DNA from: Amoebidium appalachense
Lineage: Eukaryota; Protista; Ichthyosporea
Assembly: GCA_963693365.1 (NCBI GenBank)
Contig: CAVNZM010000012.1
Location: 3,547,617-3,611,616 of the forward strand
Length of the DNA: 64,000 nt
Direction of reading: 5' to 3'
The notes beneath the pieces are model-generated. The model did not search any database. It saw nothing but the letters and a program-made list of their open reading frames with translations, and was not told the origin of the DNA. This document shows, in pieces, positions 8,864 through 20,015 of the stretch. The stretch's first letter is position 1, and the number at the start of each line of letters is the position of its first letter. Made by a program: the position numbers and the translations under genes.

Positions 8864-9780
8864 TACAGGCGCCTAGCAAAATCTGCAAACGACCCCGATG
8901 CAACGTGCACTATGACATCGTTCCGTCTGCTTTGGATCCAAATCTCCTCGACCGGGGGCTGAGGGTCGCGGTGCCTTTCGCGGAGGCGGGTGACCTCACC
9001 GCGTAGCCATGCATGGATTGGCGGGGGCCCGGGAAGATCGGGCCGCTCGAGCAGAGCCTGTAGGCGGTCGATGTTTGCGTGGATCTCTTGGCGAAAGCGT
9101 GCCCCCTGGGAGCACAGACTGGAGAACTCGTCGACAAGCCGCGTAAGCGTGATGTGCGCGTCTATGGCCGCGTTGGAATACAAGCCCGTACTCTCCAGGG
9201 ACCGTAGCTGCTCCTCGATGCGGGCAACGATGTCGCCAAGCATGCGGTCGACCATTACCATGGCATCGTGTTCGATGGTCGCGGCCATCTTCGTGCGCGT
9301 GAGGTTGTCGGTTCGCAGGCGGACGCCAAGGGCGAACCTAAACCTGGTGCGCTGGTCTAGCCGGTAGATCTCGTTCGGGCTGAACGGCGTGTTCGCAAAG
9401 GGGTCGCGGAGGTTGCCGGTGCGGCCGATGTACTCTGCGAGGGTGTCGGGGTCGCAGCCATAGGTGTGCCCCGCGCGATGGTACCTGAAGCAGTCGGGAC
9501 CGGGGGGCTCGAGTGTGAATGGATCGGTCTCGTTTGTGAGGTCACGCGACGCCCTTGCCCTCAGCACCCTCACGAGCAGGAAGAACCGCGCAAAGAGCGT
9601 GCGAAGTGCGGGCGTGGCCATGATGCAATCGACCACGACCCTTAGACCCTTGGTCACGGGCAGGGTGTGGCCGCCATAGCGTTTGGACAGGAAGCACAGC
9701 ACCTCCTTTTGAGTGGCCAACAGCTTGGGCTCCAGCATACGTTGCATCGCAAAAAGGTTGTCACAGCCGCGATCCGACAA
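8863..9780 (-). CDS. Viral protein with a degenerate U-box/RING-like motif
   Basis: DPFTLE...YGCD..TLAEYI..TG..RDPF..PFS..EI.RL pattern. Confidence 0.55.
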   Translation of the reverse strand: MSDRGCDNLFAMQRMLEPKLLATQKEVLCFLSKRYGGHTLPVTKGLRVVVDCIMATPALRTLFARFFLLVRVLRARASRDLTNETDPFTLEPPGPDCFRYHRAGHTYGCDPDTLAEYIGRTGNLRDPFANTPFSPNEIYRLDQRTRFRFALGVRLRTDNLTRTKMAATIEHDAMVMVDRMLGDIVARIEEQLRSLESTGLYSNAAIDAHITLTRLVDEFSSLCSQGARFRQEIHANIDRLQALLERPDLPGPPPIHAWLRGEVTRLRERHRDPQPPVEEIWIQSRRNDVIVHVASGSFADFARRL

Positions 9781-9968
9781 ACACGTCTATGTCGTTGCGC
9801 GAGAACGGGCGCCCGGAGTACTTACGGAACACCGCGGCCGTCAGCCGACGCGTGGTGGTGGGATCCACGCGCGAACGCGCCCTGTATTTGCGCATGACCG
9901 CATTGAAGACGCGTTGCAGGTTTCTGTTTCCCGTGAGACGCAGGAGTCCGAAGCGGCGCAAGCGCCTT

Positions 9969-12734
9969 CTACCTTCGCGGTTGCGTGCCATCTTGCTGTC
10001 TGTCGCGTACATTCCGTCGCCCCTCGTTCCTCTGGGAAGGGTATGGCTCGTGCCTTGGTGGCGGGCGGCGGCCCCGCTCGACGTGCAAGTAGTCGTGCGA
10101 GTCTGAAGTCCGCCATTGGTCGCGGGCCGCCTCCGCGGAACCGGAAGCGGTCGGGCGCGCTTGGATGTGCCTTTGCAACCTGCCCCCGGGCGATACGTGT
10201 CTTGCCGCATACTGTTCCGGCGCGTTCAGTCGTGGGTGCGGCGATGGCGGCGACCCACCGGCCGACGGGTAAGTCCGCGCGAGTGGGTGTGTAGGTGGAG
10301 CGGGCACGTAGCGTGCCTGCGGCTGTTGGTACGAGCCATATGTCGGCGTGAACGAGTACGGGACCTGTACCTGCTGTGTCTGACCGTATGCAAACGGGTG
10401 CGGCGGCCGTGGGTTGTTTGTGAAGGGCTGTGGGGTAGTGTTTGTGAAGGGCTGTGGTGTAGTGATGTATCCGTACGGCGGAAGCGAGGCCCGTTGGTTT
10501 TGGTATGGGGCGGGTGTGGGGGCGGTGATCTGTGGGCGCACCACCGACGCTGATTTGCGGTGTGCCGTGTCACGGGGCGCCGTCGGTGGGCCCTGGGCAC
10601 CCACACCGGCCCGATCGAGGGGGGGCACGGGTGTGTTATCGACCTGCATGGGCACTGACTGGGCAGGGGATGGCGAGGGCGGCGGACTCATCACCCGGGC
10701 GTCGGGGGTTTCCGTTGGTCGCGGAGGAGGGGCGGCGGTCGCAGGTGCGGCGACTGGGGTTTTCTTCTTGGCCTTCTCGGGTTTTTTGTAGGGGGTCCTG
10801 TTGGCATACAGGGCCGCGAATATTTCATGGAAGGGTTCTGCGGCCTGGGCATTGCGCAGAGGACCGCGCAGCCTCTCGAGCTCCTCCTCCGTGTTCAAGC
10901 TTTGGACGTAGGAGTTTCGGACTTCAGCGTTGAGCACGTCGAGCATGCGCTTGGACACGACACCCGCGCGTTCCATTGTCGCCGCGTCCGCGGAGACCTG
11001 CTCGGGCACGGCTTGGCCGGCGATGTCCTTCTGGGGCCGCTTCTTGCGCGGCCGCAGCGTGGGCACGAGGGCGTACCTCTTCCAGTTTGAGCCCAAGTAG
11101 TCCCAACGGGTGTCGTTGCTGCCGGTCGGACACAAGCGTTCGAAGGCGGCCGCCAGCAGGTTGTCGGCGACGGCAAGGGCGGCCAGTATGGGCTGGCGTG
11201 CCATTGGCTTCGGGCGGTAGACAACCCCCCCGACCCTCACCGACACTGTCACGTTTGCCTGCATGCTGTCGCGCATGCGGCGCAGCTGGTGCAGAGGCCA
11301 GCCGGGCTTGGGCCATTCGAGGGGTCGCTCGTGGGGATTGACGAGCTTGCGGACACGTGTGAAAACGGTGCCGTCCGGTGCGAAGTGGCCCAGCCTGTCG
11401 ACGCGGATGTTTGAGTTCTTTGTGATGTTGACAGGCAGGCCGTACCCGCATTTCTTCATCCAGTTTACTACGTGCTGGGGGTTCCTTGTAAGGGCTGCAC
11501 ATGCCTCCTTCATCAGCATGCGCAGGTGCATGTATGTCTTTGGGTAGCGTTTGCGCACGTAGTGCTTGACGAAGCCAATGGCAAGCTCGGCGACGTTGAA
11601 CTTCGAGTTGTACGGGGGCAGCCACTGGACGCGCCACCTCTTCCGCAGCGACAGCTTGGTAATCTGGTCCAGAAACGCCTCTGCGTTGTGCTGGGGGGCG
11701 TTGTCCATGCACAGAATGGCGTCGTCGGTGGCGGGGTCGCGCCCCAGCACATGCTCGAGGAACAGATAGAAGGCGCGGCCGTCGAACGAGTCGGGGACGA
11801 GTGTCTTGGCGTCGATGTCGGCCTTGGGCTCGGGGCCGCCGGGCGCCAGGTGCCTGTAGTTGTAGAGGTAGTCGTTGATCGGGCGCGGGCTGAGAATCAT
11901 GCACTTGACCAGGCCGGTGAGGTTGCCCGCGGCGTCCTCGTACGGAAACCCGACGGCGATGACCAGCTTGGTGCCGATCCCGGTCAGCTTGGTCTGGGGG
12001 GCGGGGTGGTGGCCACCACGGCGGCCCCAGACCATGCCGGGGGTCTCGTCGAGGTAGAGCGAGGACTCATCGATGAAGACGAGGTTCTTGCGGTGGTCCT
12101 GAAGGAACGGGAGGCGTTCGACTTCGAAGAACTGGGTGGCGGCGGCGATGGACCGTACAAAGGTGTTGGTGGGGGCCTGTTCGGCACGCTTGTAGGACAG
12201 GCCCATCTTCCGGCGCCACTTGTTCAGCGTGGACACGGACACGGACAATTTTGCGTCCGGGTACAGGCGGTTGTAGACCTCGAGGAGTTTCTCGCTCGAG
12301 ACGCTCGGGACCTTTGTGGTGACCTGGTATAGGGCGATCTTCTGCTCCTCTGTCAGCTTCTGGGTGCGCTGGTGGAGCTCGGAGATGTTCACGCCCTGGC
12401 GCGAGGTGTACTGCCCCTTGATGGCGCGCTCGATGTACCTGCGCGCGGTCTGTGGCGAGATCTTCATGACGCGGGCGATCTTGGCGGCCTTCTCGCCGCG
12501 CAGGTAGGCCAGCAGCACGCCGTCGCGCACGTCCTGGTCGTACGCCTTCCCCCTCACCACCCTGCCGACAGTGGGGTTGACCTGCTGGATGGCACGCGCG
12601 CGCACCACGCCCTGGGTGGTTGCGGCATCCGCCGGGTACCAGATCCCTTCGGGGCCATCGCGTAGCAGCAGCAGGCTGGCGCCGGTGTCGGTAAGCATCC
12701 ACAGCGCCCCGGTGGGGCTGTCGGGAGGGTCCAT
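9969..12734 (-). CDS. Large protein containing HTH plus IS630/Tc1-type DDE transposase domain and a Pro-rich C-terminus
   Basis: HTH KIARVMKISPQTARRY; LVFIDES, CMDNAPQH, WLPPYNSKFNVAE (DD38E). Confidence 0.85.
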   Translation of the reverse strand: MDPPDSPTGALWMLTDTGASLLLLRDGPEGIWYPADAATTQGVVRARAIQQVNPTVGRVVRGKAYDQDVRDGVLLAYLRGEKAAKIARVMKISPQTARRYIERAIKGQYTSRQGVNISELHQRTQKLTEEQKIALYQVTTKVPSVSSEKLLEVYNRLYPDAKLSVSVSTLNKWRRKMGLSYKRAEQAPTNTFVRSIAAATQFFEVERLPFLQDHRKNLVFIDESSLYLDETPGMVWGRRGGHHPAPQTKLTGIGTKLVIAVGFPYEDAAGNLTGLVKCMILSPRPINDYLYNYRHLAPGGPEPKADIDAKTLVPDSFDGRAFYLFLEHVLGRDPATDDAILCMDNAPQHNAEAFLDQITKLSLRKRWRVQWLPPYNSKFNVAELAIGFVKHYVRKRYPKTYMHLRMLMKEACAALTRNPQHVVNWMKKCGYGLPVNITKNSNIRVDRLGHFAPDGTVFTRVRKLVNPHERPLEWPKPGWPLHQLRRMRDSMQANVTVSVRVGGVVYRPKPMARQPILAALAVADNLLAAAFERLCPTGSNDTRWDYLGSNWKRYALVPTLRPRKKRPQKDIAGQAVPEQVSADAATMERAGVVSKRMLDVLNAEVRNSYVQSLNTEEELERLRGPLRNAQAAEPFHEIFAALYANRTPYKKPEKAKKKTPVAAPATAAPPPRPTETPDARVMSPPPSPSPAQSVPMQVDNTPVPPLDRAGVGAQGPPTAPRDTAHRKSASVVRPQITAPTPAPYQNQRASLPPYGYITTPQPFTNTTPQPFTNNPRPPHPFAYGQTQQVQVPYSFTPTYGSYQQPQARYVPAPPTHPLARTYPSAGGSPPSPHPRLNAPEQYAARHVSPGGRLQRHIQARPTASGSAEAARDQWRTSDSHDYLHVERGRRPPPRHEPYPSQRNEGRRNVRDRQQDGTQPRR

Positions 12735-14500
12735 GTCGCACCGGCGGTCGGCGTGCAGGGCGAGGACCCAGTGGTCCTCCGATGTCCTGATGTTACGGTT
12801 GGGGACGGGCTCGAAGATGACGGTGCGGATTGGCGACGGGGCGTCGGTTGACGGGGCGTTGACTGTGAATGGGGTCTCGCGGTTTAGCAGGGTTTCGAAC
12901 TTCTGCAGCTCGAGCAGGTAGAAGCCCAGCGGCGCGGGCGGGGGTGATGGAGCTGGTACTGCGGCAAGATGGACACCCCTACAAACGAGGCTGAGCTCTT
13001 GACGATGCGCGGTTTCTCGTTTGGGCGGGCGATGTGGAGGGCCACCAGCATGAGTTGGGGGACGTAGCGGTCCATGCGCACGACCAGGTACGCCAGCGGA
13101 CGGAAGCGGAGCTCCCTGAGCTCAGGCGACACGTAAACGAGCCCGCACACGGAGTCGGTGATGTCCGTGGTGGTATTAGGTGCGACCGCGGCGCGGCCAG
13201 GCACGGCACCGGCGGCTGGTTTCCCTGCCGCCTGCAATCGAGCGAGGGCGGGCCCCATGACCCTCGTGAAGTCCGTGACCGCCCTGCTGGCGACCGACGG
13301 CGCCAGGCCCAAGTTTTTTGCGGCCGACTCGAAGTCTCTGGCCTTGTCCCTGTCCGAGTACTCAGCGCGGCGGAGGGTGCGGGCTGGCTCGCGGAGGGCC
13401 GATTCACGCGACGCGGCGAGGTCGTCGTCGACGGCATTCTCTGCGCGGGCTCTCCTGAAGTCCATGAACACTTTGACGGCTTCGCCTTTGGACTCGAGGG
13501 GGGGCGTTCGAGCTCCCTGCCGTCGGCGAGGCTCTCCAGCAGGGGCCTGATGCCGGCGTTGTGGGGCTTTTCGGCGAGGGCCAACGCGACCTTCTGCGTG
13601 TGCGCCATCAGGGCGTCCTTGCTCCATGCCTTGGTGATGCGGCCGTCGCGGACGGCCTTCGCGAGCTCCTTTGCCATCTTCGCGCGCTCCTGGATCAGCG
13701 TGTGGATCGCGTGCTTGTACGCAAAGTTCCGTTCGGTGACGCTGTCGCCGACTGGCTCCTCGTACTCGGGCAGCGGCAGTCCGGGGGCGATGATGGCAAG
13801 CGAGTTGACCATGTTCCGCTCACCGGCCTCCTCGTTGTCGTCATCGTCGTCGTCCAGGATTCCAAGAGTTGTCGTATCCACGGGCGGTCGCCCTGTCTCT
13901 TCTTTCAGGAACTTCTTGACCTTGTCTGCATGGGCCTTCTCGGCGTCGGCGATGTACCGGTACACTGTCCTGATGCGCTCGGGGTGATCGGGCTGATGCG
14001 GCTCTGGGAGTTGATGCAGGGGTCTAAGCTTGGGGGGGAGGACCTTGCCTCTTTCGTTCTTCCGCGATGGCCCGCGGGCGACTTCCCTGAAGAGGTCCTG
14101 CCCGCGGGAGTCCGTGACGCCGTCAAGCTTGACGTAGCCCGCCGACGCGGTCCTCGAGTACACCTTGCCCATGAGACTCCTGTGGATCTTGAAGTGCGGC
14201 GTTTCCGCCGCGACGTCGGCGTTAGGCCGGGTCTCCACGAACCGCTCCCACCACGACTCGTGTGTGCGTGCGCGTGGTTCGGTGGGCGGGTCTTCGAACA
14301 TGGGATCGCGGATGCGGAAGCGGGTGTGCGAGGACTGCCGGTCCGTGGACACAGACTGCTCGATGGCCTCTTTTGATACCGGGGAGTCGACCCTGGGGTC
14401 TATGCGAAAACGGGATGGGTCTTCGGCACATGGCCACGCGTCGGCCACGACTTTATTGTGGTTGTATCGGTCTACGACAATATAGCCAGGCCTGCTCATG
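12735..14500 (-). CDS. Probable N-terminal part of the same giant protein, split by two frameshifts (about 13500 and 12945)
   Basis: ORFs 12979-14532 and 12884-13627 overlap at a G7-8 run. A third frame (PLGFYLLELQKFETLL...DRRCD) runs without a stop into MDPPDS at 12734. Confidence 0.55.
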
Positions 14501-14519
14501 CCACAGGCATGAATAATTC

Positions 14520-15305
14520 TTACATCTGGCACAGGTGGTATGCGAGGACGCCCAAATCGCTGACGATATATTCGAATCTAATGGGTTTGTTGTTTGCCAC
14601 GTGTATCCTGACCGTACTGTTGACACAGGCACCCTTGCAGAACGCGGCCAGATATTTCACCATGTACTTGGCCTTCACCTTCTCGTCGTGCGCCTTGACG
14701 AAGACCACGCCAGACGACTTGCATCGTCTGATTTTCAGGGTGTCCTGGCTGCGCTCGGGTATGTCGATGCGACACTTGCCGAGCGCACCTACCGCACGCA
14801 GCCTCATGCAGCCGTCGGATACGCTGATGCACACGACGTTCGAGACGGACTGGATGTCGCGCAGGTACCTCGCGAGTTCGTGGGCCTGGATGTCGAAGAC
14901 ACAGTCGTAGTCGAGCGACGGCGTCACCAACAGTGGCCTCTCCTCCTTTACCAAGGTCATTGTGTAGGTAATTGCACTCGCGTCGTCTGTCGTCTCCATC
15001 TTCACCTTGAGGCCATTGTCCTCCGAGCAGAAGGAAATGCTGTTAAACTTGTGAGCGGCTGCGTTCTTGACGATCTTGTAGAGATTCTGTATCTCGAACG
15101 TGGCTCGGAACTCCTCCGCGACGTCGAAAATCTCAAAGCGGTCCGCGGGGAAGTGCATGTGAACAAATGCCTTCTTCGCGTTGTCAACTGCCGGAAGGAC
15201 CAGTCCGTCTTTTGGGCTGAAGACGACGGTGACCTCGCCCAGTATGTCCTTGATGCTGTCCACTGCGCATTTGAACGTGTTCACCTGGACGGTCTTGACG
15301 AGCAT
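14520..15305 (-). CDS. PCNA: PCNA sliding clamp
   Basis: FKCAVDSIKDIL..GL...AVD..KKAFVH, F....L.KI.K, Y.VKYLAAFCKG, PIRFEY...LG.LAYHL; 261 aa. Confidence 0.9.
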   Translation of the reverse strand: MLVKTVQVNTFKCAVDSIKDILGEVTVVFSPKDGLVLPAVDNAKKAFVHMHFPADRFEIFDVAEEFRATFEIQNLYKIVKNAAAHKFNSISFCSEDNGLKVKMETTDDASAITYTMTLVKEERPLLVTPSLDYDCVFDIQAHELARYLRDIQSVSNVVCISVSDGCMRLRAVGALGKCRIDIPERSQDTLKIRRCKSSGVVFVKAHDEKVKAKYMVKYLAAFCKGACVNSTVRIHVANNKPIRFEYIVSDLGVLAYHLCQM

Positions 15306-15387
15306 TGTGTTCTGGCATGAAATGTGGATTGGCGGGGCTTTTTATACCTTGGCTTGCCGCGGTCGGGCTTTTTTCTATACACCCCGT

Positions 15388-16371
15388 ATGAACTCCGGGA
15401 CGATTGACAGATCACTGGTCTACATGGCCCTCCTGGCTGCGGGGGTGTACTACTTCACCAAGCCGACATACCGCGGCTGCGGCTCCTTGGAGTACGAGGA
15501 TGATTCGCACCACCACCACCACACCGAGGACTGGGCGAACGGCCCCTTCGATGAGGATACCGCGCTTGCAGACGTGGACGGGCTGGCATCCGAGACCTAT
15601 GAACCCGAGGATACGGCCCTGGCCTATGGCAACCAGGGCATGGTCGACGACGACGACGACGACTACGCGCTAGCATACGATGACGACGACGCGCTCGCGG
15701 ACTTTGGGTACGCACGAGCCGGCTACGACGATGACGCGCTCGGCTATGATGACCACTATGCCACCGCAGACTTCTACGACTTCGCCATGGCGGACCCCGC
15801 GCCCGTCCCCGCCCCGGCGCCCGCCGCCGCGGCGGCGCAACAGCAAACCGCGCCGCCGCCTGCCGCGCCCGTGCCCAATGCACCCACGGTTGTCAACGCG
15901 GGGGGGCAGCAGGTGGTGGTGCCGGGACCAGCGCCGGCGCAAAAGGCGCTGCAGCCGACGTCGGTGGTGCCATCGGGCACACCCAGCGGGCTAATCGGAG
16001 CGGCGACGAGGCCCAGCGTGCATCCCATGCTCACGCACAGCGTGCACACGGTGGGGCCGGACGTCAGCAACAACACAATGGACGCCATATCCAAGATCCA
16101 GGGCACGGGGTTGTTCCAGGGGAGCGAGATGAAGCCGCGGGCACGCAGCAGTGTGGCCAAGCTGTCCGCACAGGAGGTGTTGGCGGCAACCAGCCGGCCG
16201 CGCAACGTGGCGGCCCCCGCCGTGTACAAGAAGAACGGCAACCTGCAGATCCGACCGGACCCCACGATCCACAGCGCGGGCATGGACAGCCTGCCGGCAA
16301 TCAGCGGGTTTCGGGACATCAGCAAGCGCGAGGAGTTCTCGGAGTCGCTGGCCGCGACGCTGCTGGGGTAG
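15388..16371 (+). CDS. Minor capsid protein P11-like (N-terminal membrane anchor, acidic DxxALA repeats)
   Basis: N-terminal TM helix; C-terminal KKNGNLQIRPDPTI resembles the NCLDV P11 motif RNANxQLRSEPP. Confidence 0.6.
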   Translation: MNSGTIDRSLVYMALLAAGVYYFTKPTYRGCGSLEYEDDSHHHHHTEDWANGPFDEDTALADVDGLASETYEPEDTALAYGNQGMVDDDDDDYALAYDDDDALADFGYARAGYDDDALGYDDHYATADFYDFAMADPAPVPAPAPAAAAAQQQTAPPPAAPVPNAPTVVNAGGQQVVVPGPAPAQKALQPTSVVPSGTPSGLIGAATRPSVHPMLTHSVHTVGPDVSNNTMDAISKIQGTGLFQGSEMKPRARSSVAKLSAQEVLAATSRPRNVAAPAVYKKNGNLQIRPDPTIHSAGMDSLPAISGFRDISKREEFSESLAATLLG

Positions 16372-16441
16372 ACACGGACACGAACAGTAAACGCTACACA
16401 ACCACAGTAAACGGCTTTATTGGGCGAAGTGGTCCAATGAT

Positions 16442-17761
16442 CTAAGGGAGAACAACTACGGGCCAGTTTTCTGTCTCCGCCAGTTCGTTCCACGCATCCA
16501 TAATTACGCGGAATCCTGCATAGTTGTTGGCGAGCTGCTCTTGGTTGCCCGACCTCCCGCCAATGCGGATGTATTGGGCATGCCTCCGAATCAAGCACTT
16601 GAACTCGGTCTCGAAGTCGCGGGCCTGTGCCTTGTCTTGAGCAGGGAGGGCAAGCAGCACGTTGGCTAGAATCTTGTCCCTGCACTTTTCCTTCTTGTAG
16701 CGCTTAGCTATACCGTCCCGTCCCGTCATGCCGAACATCAGCGTGCCGTCTTGTCGGTCAATTCCTCATTGAGCTCTCGTACCAAATAGAAACGGGAGTC
16801 CAGGCGCGACAGCAGGGCTTGGGACTCCTTGTTCTGCTCGTGGACTAGCACCATTGTCTTGCGCTTCGCCTCCTCCTTGCGCTCGTACTCCTCCGCCCGC
16901 ACCCTTGCCTCATCCGTTCGCAGCACGACAGCGAGGAGTTCGGGGTTGCCGGTGATGACCACCTGCCTCTGGAGCATCAGCGCCTGCTGCACCAGTTCGA
17001 TGGCTCTCTCGGCTGTGTGGCCCCCGTTGCTCTTCAGCATCCAATACTTGATGTCTGTATCGGAGAGCACGCGCTTCTCTCTCTTGCCGGCCACTTCCCC
17101 CGTGCCTTCTGCAGCTCGCTTGGGCCTTGTCTGGACCACGGCCACAGATTCCGTGCCCGCGGCGCTGTCGGTTTCGCGCAGCACGTCGGCCACCGCGCCG
17201 TGGTCGCCGGAGAGCGCCTTGCCTTGTATGGAGCACCACTTGGCATGATAGGAGGGGCTGATGTGCTGTGCAAATGCAGTCGCCACGTCAACATGTACCC
17301 AGGTGCCTCGCAATGTATCTGATGCAGGGCCTTGGTACCGAATACGCGAGTCGTCTATCAGACTTCCATCCTCAAAGCCATCCTCAAATCCTTGAGGATG
17401 GGTACCAAGGTCTTGAGGATGGGCCGTGCCCCTCACTCTCAGTCCTGCTGTGAGCTCGAAGAATCTCTTTAACCAGTGCCTTTGCGCTGTCAGTTTGAAA
17501 CCAACCGCTCCAAGTCTTCTTGGTTGCGGATCTCTTTGCGAGCTGTGTAACGTTTACCCAAAGCTCCCCTCCGCTGCGCACTTCCCCGTATGTAAGGACT
17601 TTGCCCTCGCTGTCGTTTATTGGCGTGACCTCTCCCTCTTGCAGGACCTGCCCGTTGCGCATCACCACACGTGCCCGGGCGGGCTGCGGGGCCGGTGATG
17701 CGAGCGTGTTATACGCAGGTGGCTGCATTGCGAGAGTGGGCATTGCGAGACTGGCCATCAA
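16442..17761 (-). pseudogene. KilA-N domain protein, frameshifted at about 17440 (possibly including 16442-16738)
   Basis: WVNVTQLAK..KKTWSGWFQTDSAKALV, then RGTWVHVDVATAFAQHISP in a second frame. Confidence 0.75.
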
Positions 17762-17879
17762 TCTAGGTACAGATTTTATTTTTCAGCGTGTATCGCCCCT
17801 CGTTTGCCTGTCACTGGCGACCCAGCTATCACCCCGCCCTTTGGATCCAAGGCGCGGATGGCCACCCCAATCGTTTTCG

Positions 17880-19310
17880 TCATAAACCCACGACCTTCTC
17901 GTGGCTGAACGTGTACGTATGCACCCAGTCGCCCTCACCCGCCCCCTCCCCGCCTACGGCCACATCCCGGCACGACCGCTTGGTGCGCGCGCCGAACAGC
18001 TTGCCCATCATCGACCCGAGCTTCCTGACGCTGACGCCGGCGGGGTCGCGGCCATTGCGAACAGCCCAGGTGCGCATGCGCTCGGCCATGCCCGTGGTGG
18101 TAACATGGGCGCCATCGGCGATCGCCATGTCCTCACAGCCATCGGCCCCGAAAGCCATATCGCGCAGGAACAGCATGACGTCGCCCATGTTTGCCTGTCG
18201 CAGTTCCTGCTTCAGCTCGGTCATCGGGGGCGGGGGCAGCATGGGGGGGACGTTGGGCAGACGCACGAGTGTGTCGTGTATGGCCTGCAGGGCCTTCGGT
18301 TGGGCGTGGTGGGCGACGAACGAGCCGAAGTAGGCAGTGTCGCCGATCCTCTCACCGGACACCTCCATGCAGGCGTAGCGCCTGTCACTGGCCTCGACCA
18401 ACACGGGCAACGATTCGTTCGTCAGCAGCACGTAGCGCTCGCACGAGCGAACGGTATGGGCGTCATGACCCTTCTTCTCGACCAGGTTAGTAGACTCGGT
18501 GATGTGCGACTTCATGATGTTGTTGATCTCGCGCGAGTTCCCGAACAGCACCTCGTCGACAATGACGAGCAGCTTGTTCTGGAGATGCGCGTTGAAGTGG
18601 TTCTGGATCCTGTCCTTGCGGTTCACGTAGACGGTGTGCTCTGCACCGATGACGTCGGTGAGGACCTGGAAGAACACGTTCTTGCCCGCTCCCTGGCGCG
18701 ACACGAACAGCAGCGCGCTGCCGGGCTTCGCGGCGGGGAACTGAAACAGATGCCCGAGCCAGGTCAGCATGTACGCGAACAGCACCTCGTTGCCACCACA
18801 CAACAGGTCGCGCGCGTGCGCGAGGAAGGGCGCGGCCAGAGACTCGCGCTCTTCCGACGGCATGTCGCTTGGGCGGTGGCGGAAGCCAGGGAACAGGTTG
18901 AAGACGTGGTACGGGCCGGTGGTGTACCTGCGACGTCCGGTCAGGGGATCGGGGTCCGCGGGGTCGTAGACGACGCGCTCGTACACCAGGATGTCAGGGC
19001 CATTGAGGTACTCGCGACCGGTGTACTTTGCCACACGGGCGCCGCGGTCCGAGTGGATGGTGAACTGAAACTTGCCGAGGGTGTCGACCGCGTCGCGCTT
19101 GGACACGATGCGGTGCTCGAACTGTTGGCGTTCGTCGGACCACTGCTTGAGGATGTATGCCGAGGATCCCTTGATCCAAGCCACCACGCTGCGCAGGTAG
19201 TCGACGGCCATACTCTCGGACCAATCGTACTGCGCGCACTCGCGCGGCACGAAGGGCACGTCGTGGAGGGGGCCGCGGGTGGGGTCCTCGAAGATCGCGT
19301 AGTCGGTCAT
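17880..19310 (-). CDS. D5/NrS-1-type SF3-like helicase (DUF5906) without primase domain; C-terminal winged helix
   Basis: FNLFPG, WLGHLFQFP..KPG, Walker A QGAGKN, FNAHL..KLLVIVDE, MKSHITE, SDRRY. Confidence 0.85.
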   Translation of the reverse strand: MTDYAIFEDPTRGPLHDVPFVPRECAQYDWSESMAVDYLRSVVAWIKGSSAYILKQWSDERQQFEHRIVSKRDAVDTLGKFQFTIHSDRGARVAKYTGREYLNGPDILVYERVVYDPADPDPLTGRRRYTTGPYHVFNLFPGFRHRPSDMPSEERESLAAPFLAHARDLLCGGNEVLFAYMLTWLGHLFQFPAAKPGSALLFVSRQGAGKNVFFQVLTDVIGAEHTVYVNRKDRIQNHFNAHLQNKLLVIVDEVLFGNSREINNIMKSHITESTNLVEKKGHDAHTVRSCERYVLLTNESLPVLVEASDRRYACMEVSGERIGDTAYFGSFVAHHAQPKALQAIHDTLVRLPNVPPMLPPPPMTELKQELRQANMGDVMLFLRDMAFGADGCEDMAIADGAHVTTTGMAERMRTWAVRNGRDPAGVSVRKLGSMMGKLFGARTKRSCRDVAVGGEGAGEGDWVHTYTFSHEKVVGL

Positions 19311-19487
19311 GTTTAAGAAGGGGGCGAATGAAGATTGGTTCGGGGCACGCGGCTTTTATAGGCACGCAATGGCATGGGCAGTTATATTTTGGGGTAAAGA
19401 TACGTGCAATGGACGACACCATGCTGGCGCTGCTGCTGTATGCGAGCTGCATCCGCGCCGGAGCAGATGGCGTGCGCTTGTTCTGTG

Positions 19488-20015
19488 TCATTCTCTATTG
19501 CTGCGCCTTTCTATCCTGTTGCCTGGAACCAGTTCAAGCATCAGAATGTCGCAACCGCCGGCGTGGCGCACTTTAGCGCCACACCTAATCAAGTCGATGC
19601 TCACCATGGTGGTGCTTGCGCTTGTCGCCTTGAGGGGCACCGCGCGCTGCAGGGGTTCGTCGAGTGGGTCCCCGTGTGGGAGCAAGGCCAGGTCGATGTC
19701 GCAGCGGACCCAGCACATACGGAACGCGATACCGGGCTGTAGGTCGACAAAGATCGTGTCGGACAGACCGGTGGTGTCGGTGTATAAAAAGCGGAAATGA
19801 TTCAGACCGTCGCGGTTGGACGCTTCGAGGAACGCAAGCGGGGCAGTCGTCTCCGCATACACCGCGCCGGCCTTTTCCAGGACGGCCCTGATTTTGAGCG
19901 GCACGAGGTCGACGGCGGCATAACCCTGGCCATTGAAGCGTGCACCGGCGACAAACCGAGTAAGGCTGGAGGCGAAGGCTGCGAGGGCTTCCGCTTCCAA
20001 GTGTATTTTTGGCAT
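19488..20015 (-). CDS. Hypothetical protein
   Basis: 175-aa ORF with TATAAAAA about 40 nt upstream. Confidence 0.5.
   Translation of the reverse strand: MPKIHLEAEALAAFASSLTRFVAGARFNGQGYAAVDLVPLKIRAVLEKAGAVYAETTAPLAFLEASNRDGLNHFRFLYTDTTGLSDTIFVDLQPGIAFRMCWVRCDIDLALLPHGDPLDEPLQRAVPLKATSASTTMVSIDLIRCGAKVRHAGGCDILMLELVPGNRIERRSNRE

Noticed and set aside
5613-19310. Polinton, virophage or PLV identity for the viral block
   Set aside because: No pPolB, rve integrase or PLV capsid genes. VLTF2, PCNA, P11 and the size of the block point to Nucleocytoviricota.
17901-19316. 471-aa plus-strand ORF and similar long antisense ORFs (e.g. 14535, 27557, 31260)
   Set aside because: Shadow ORFs caused by high GC3 on the coding strand.
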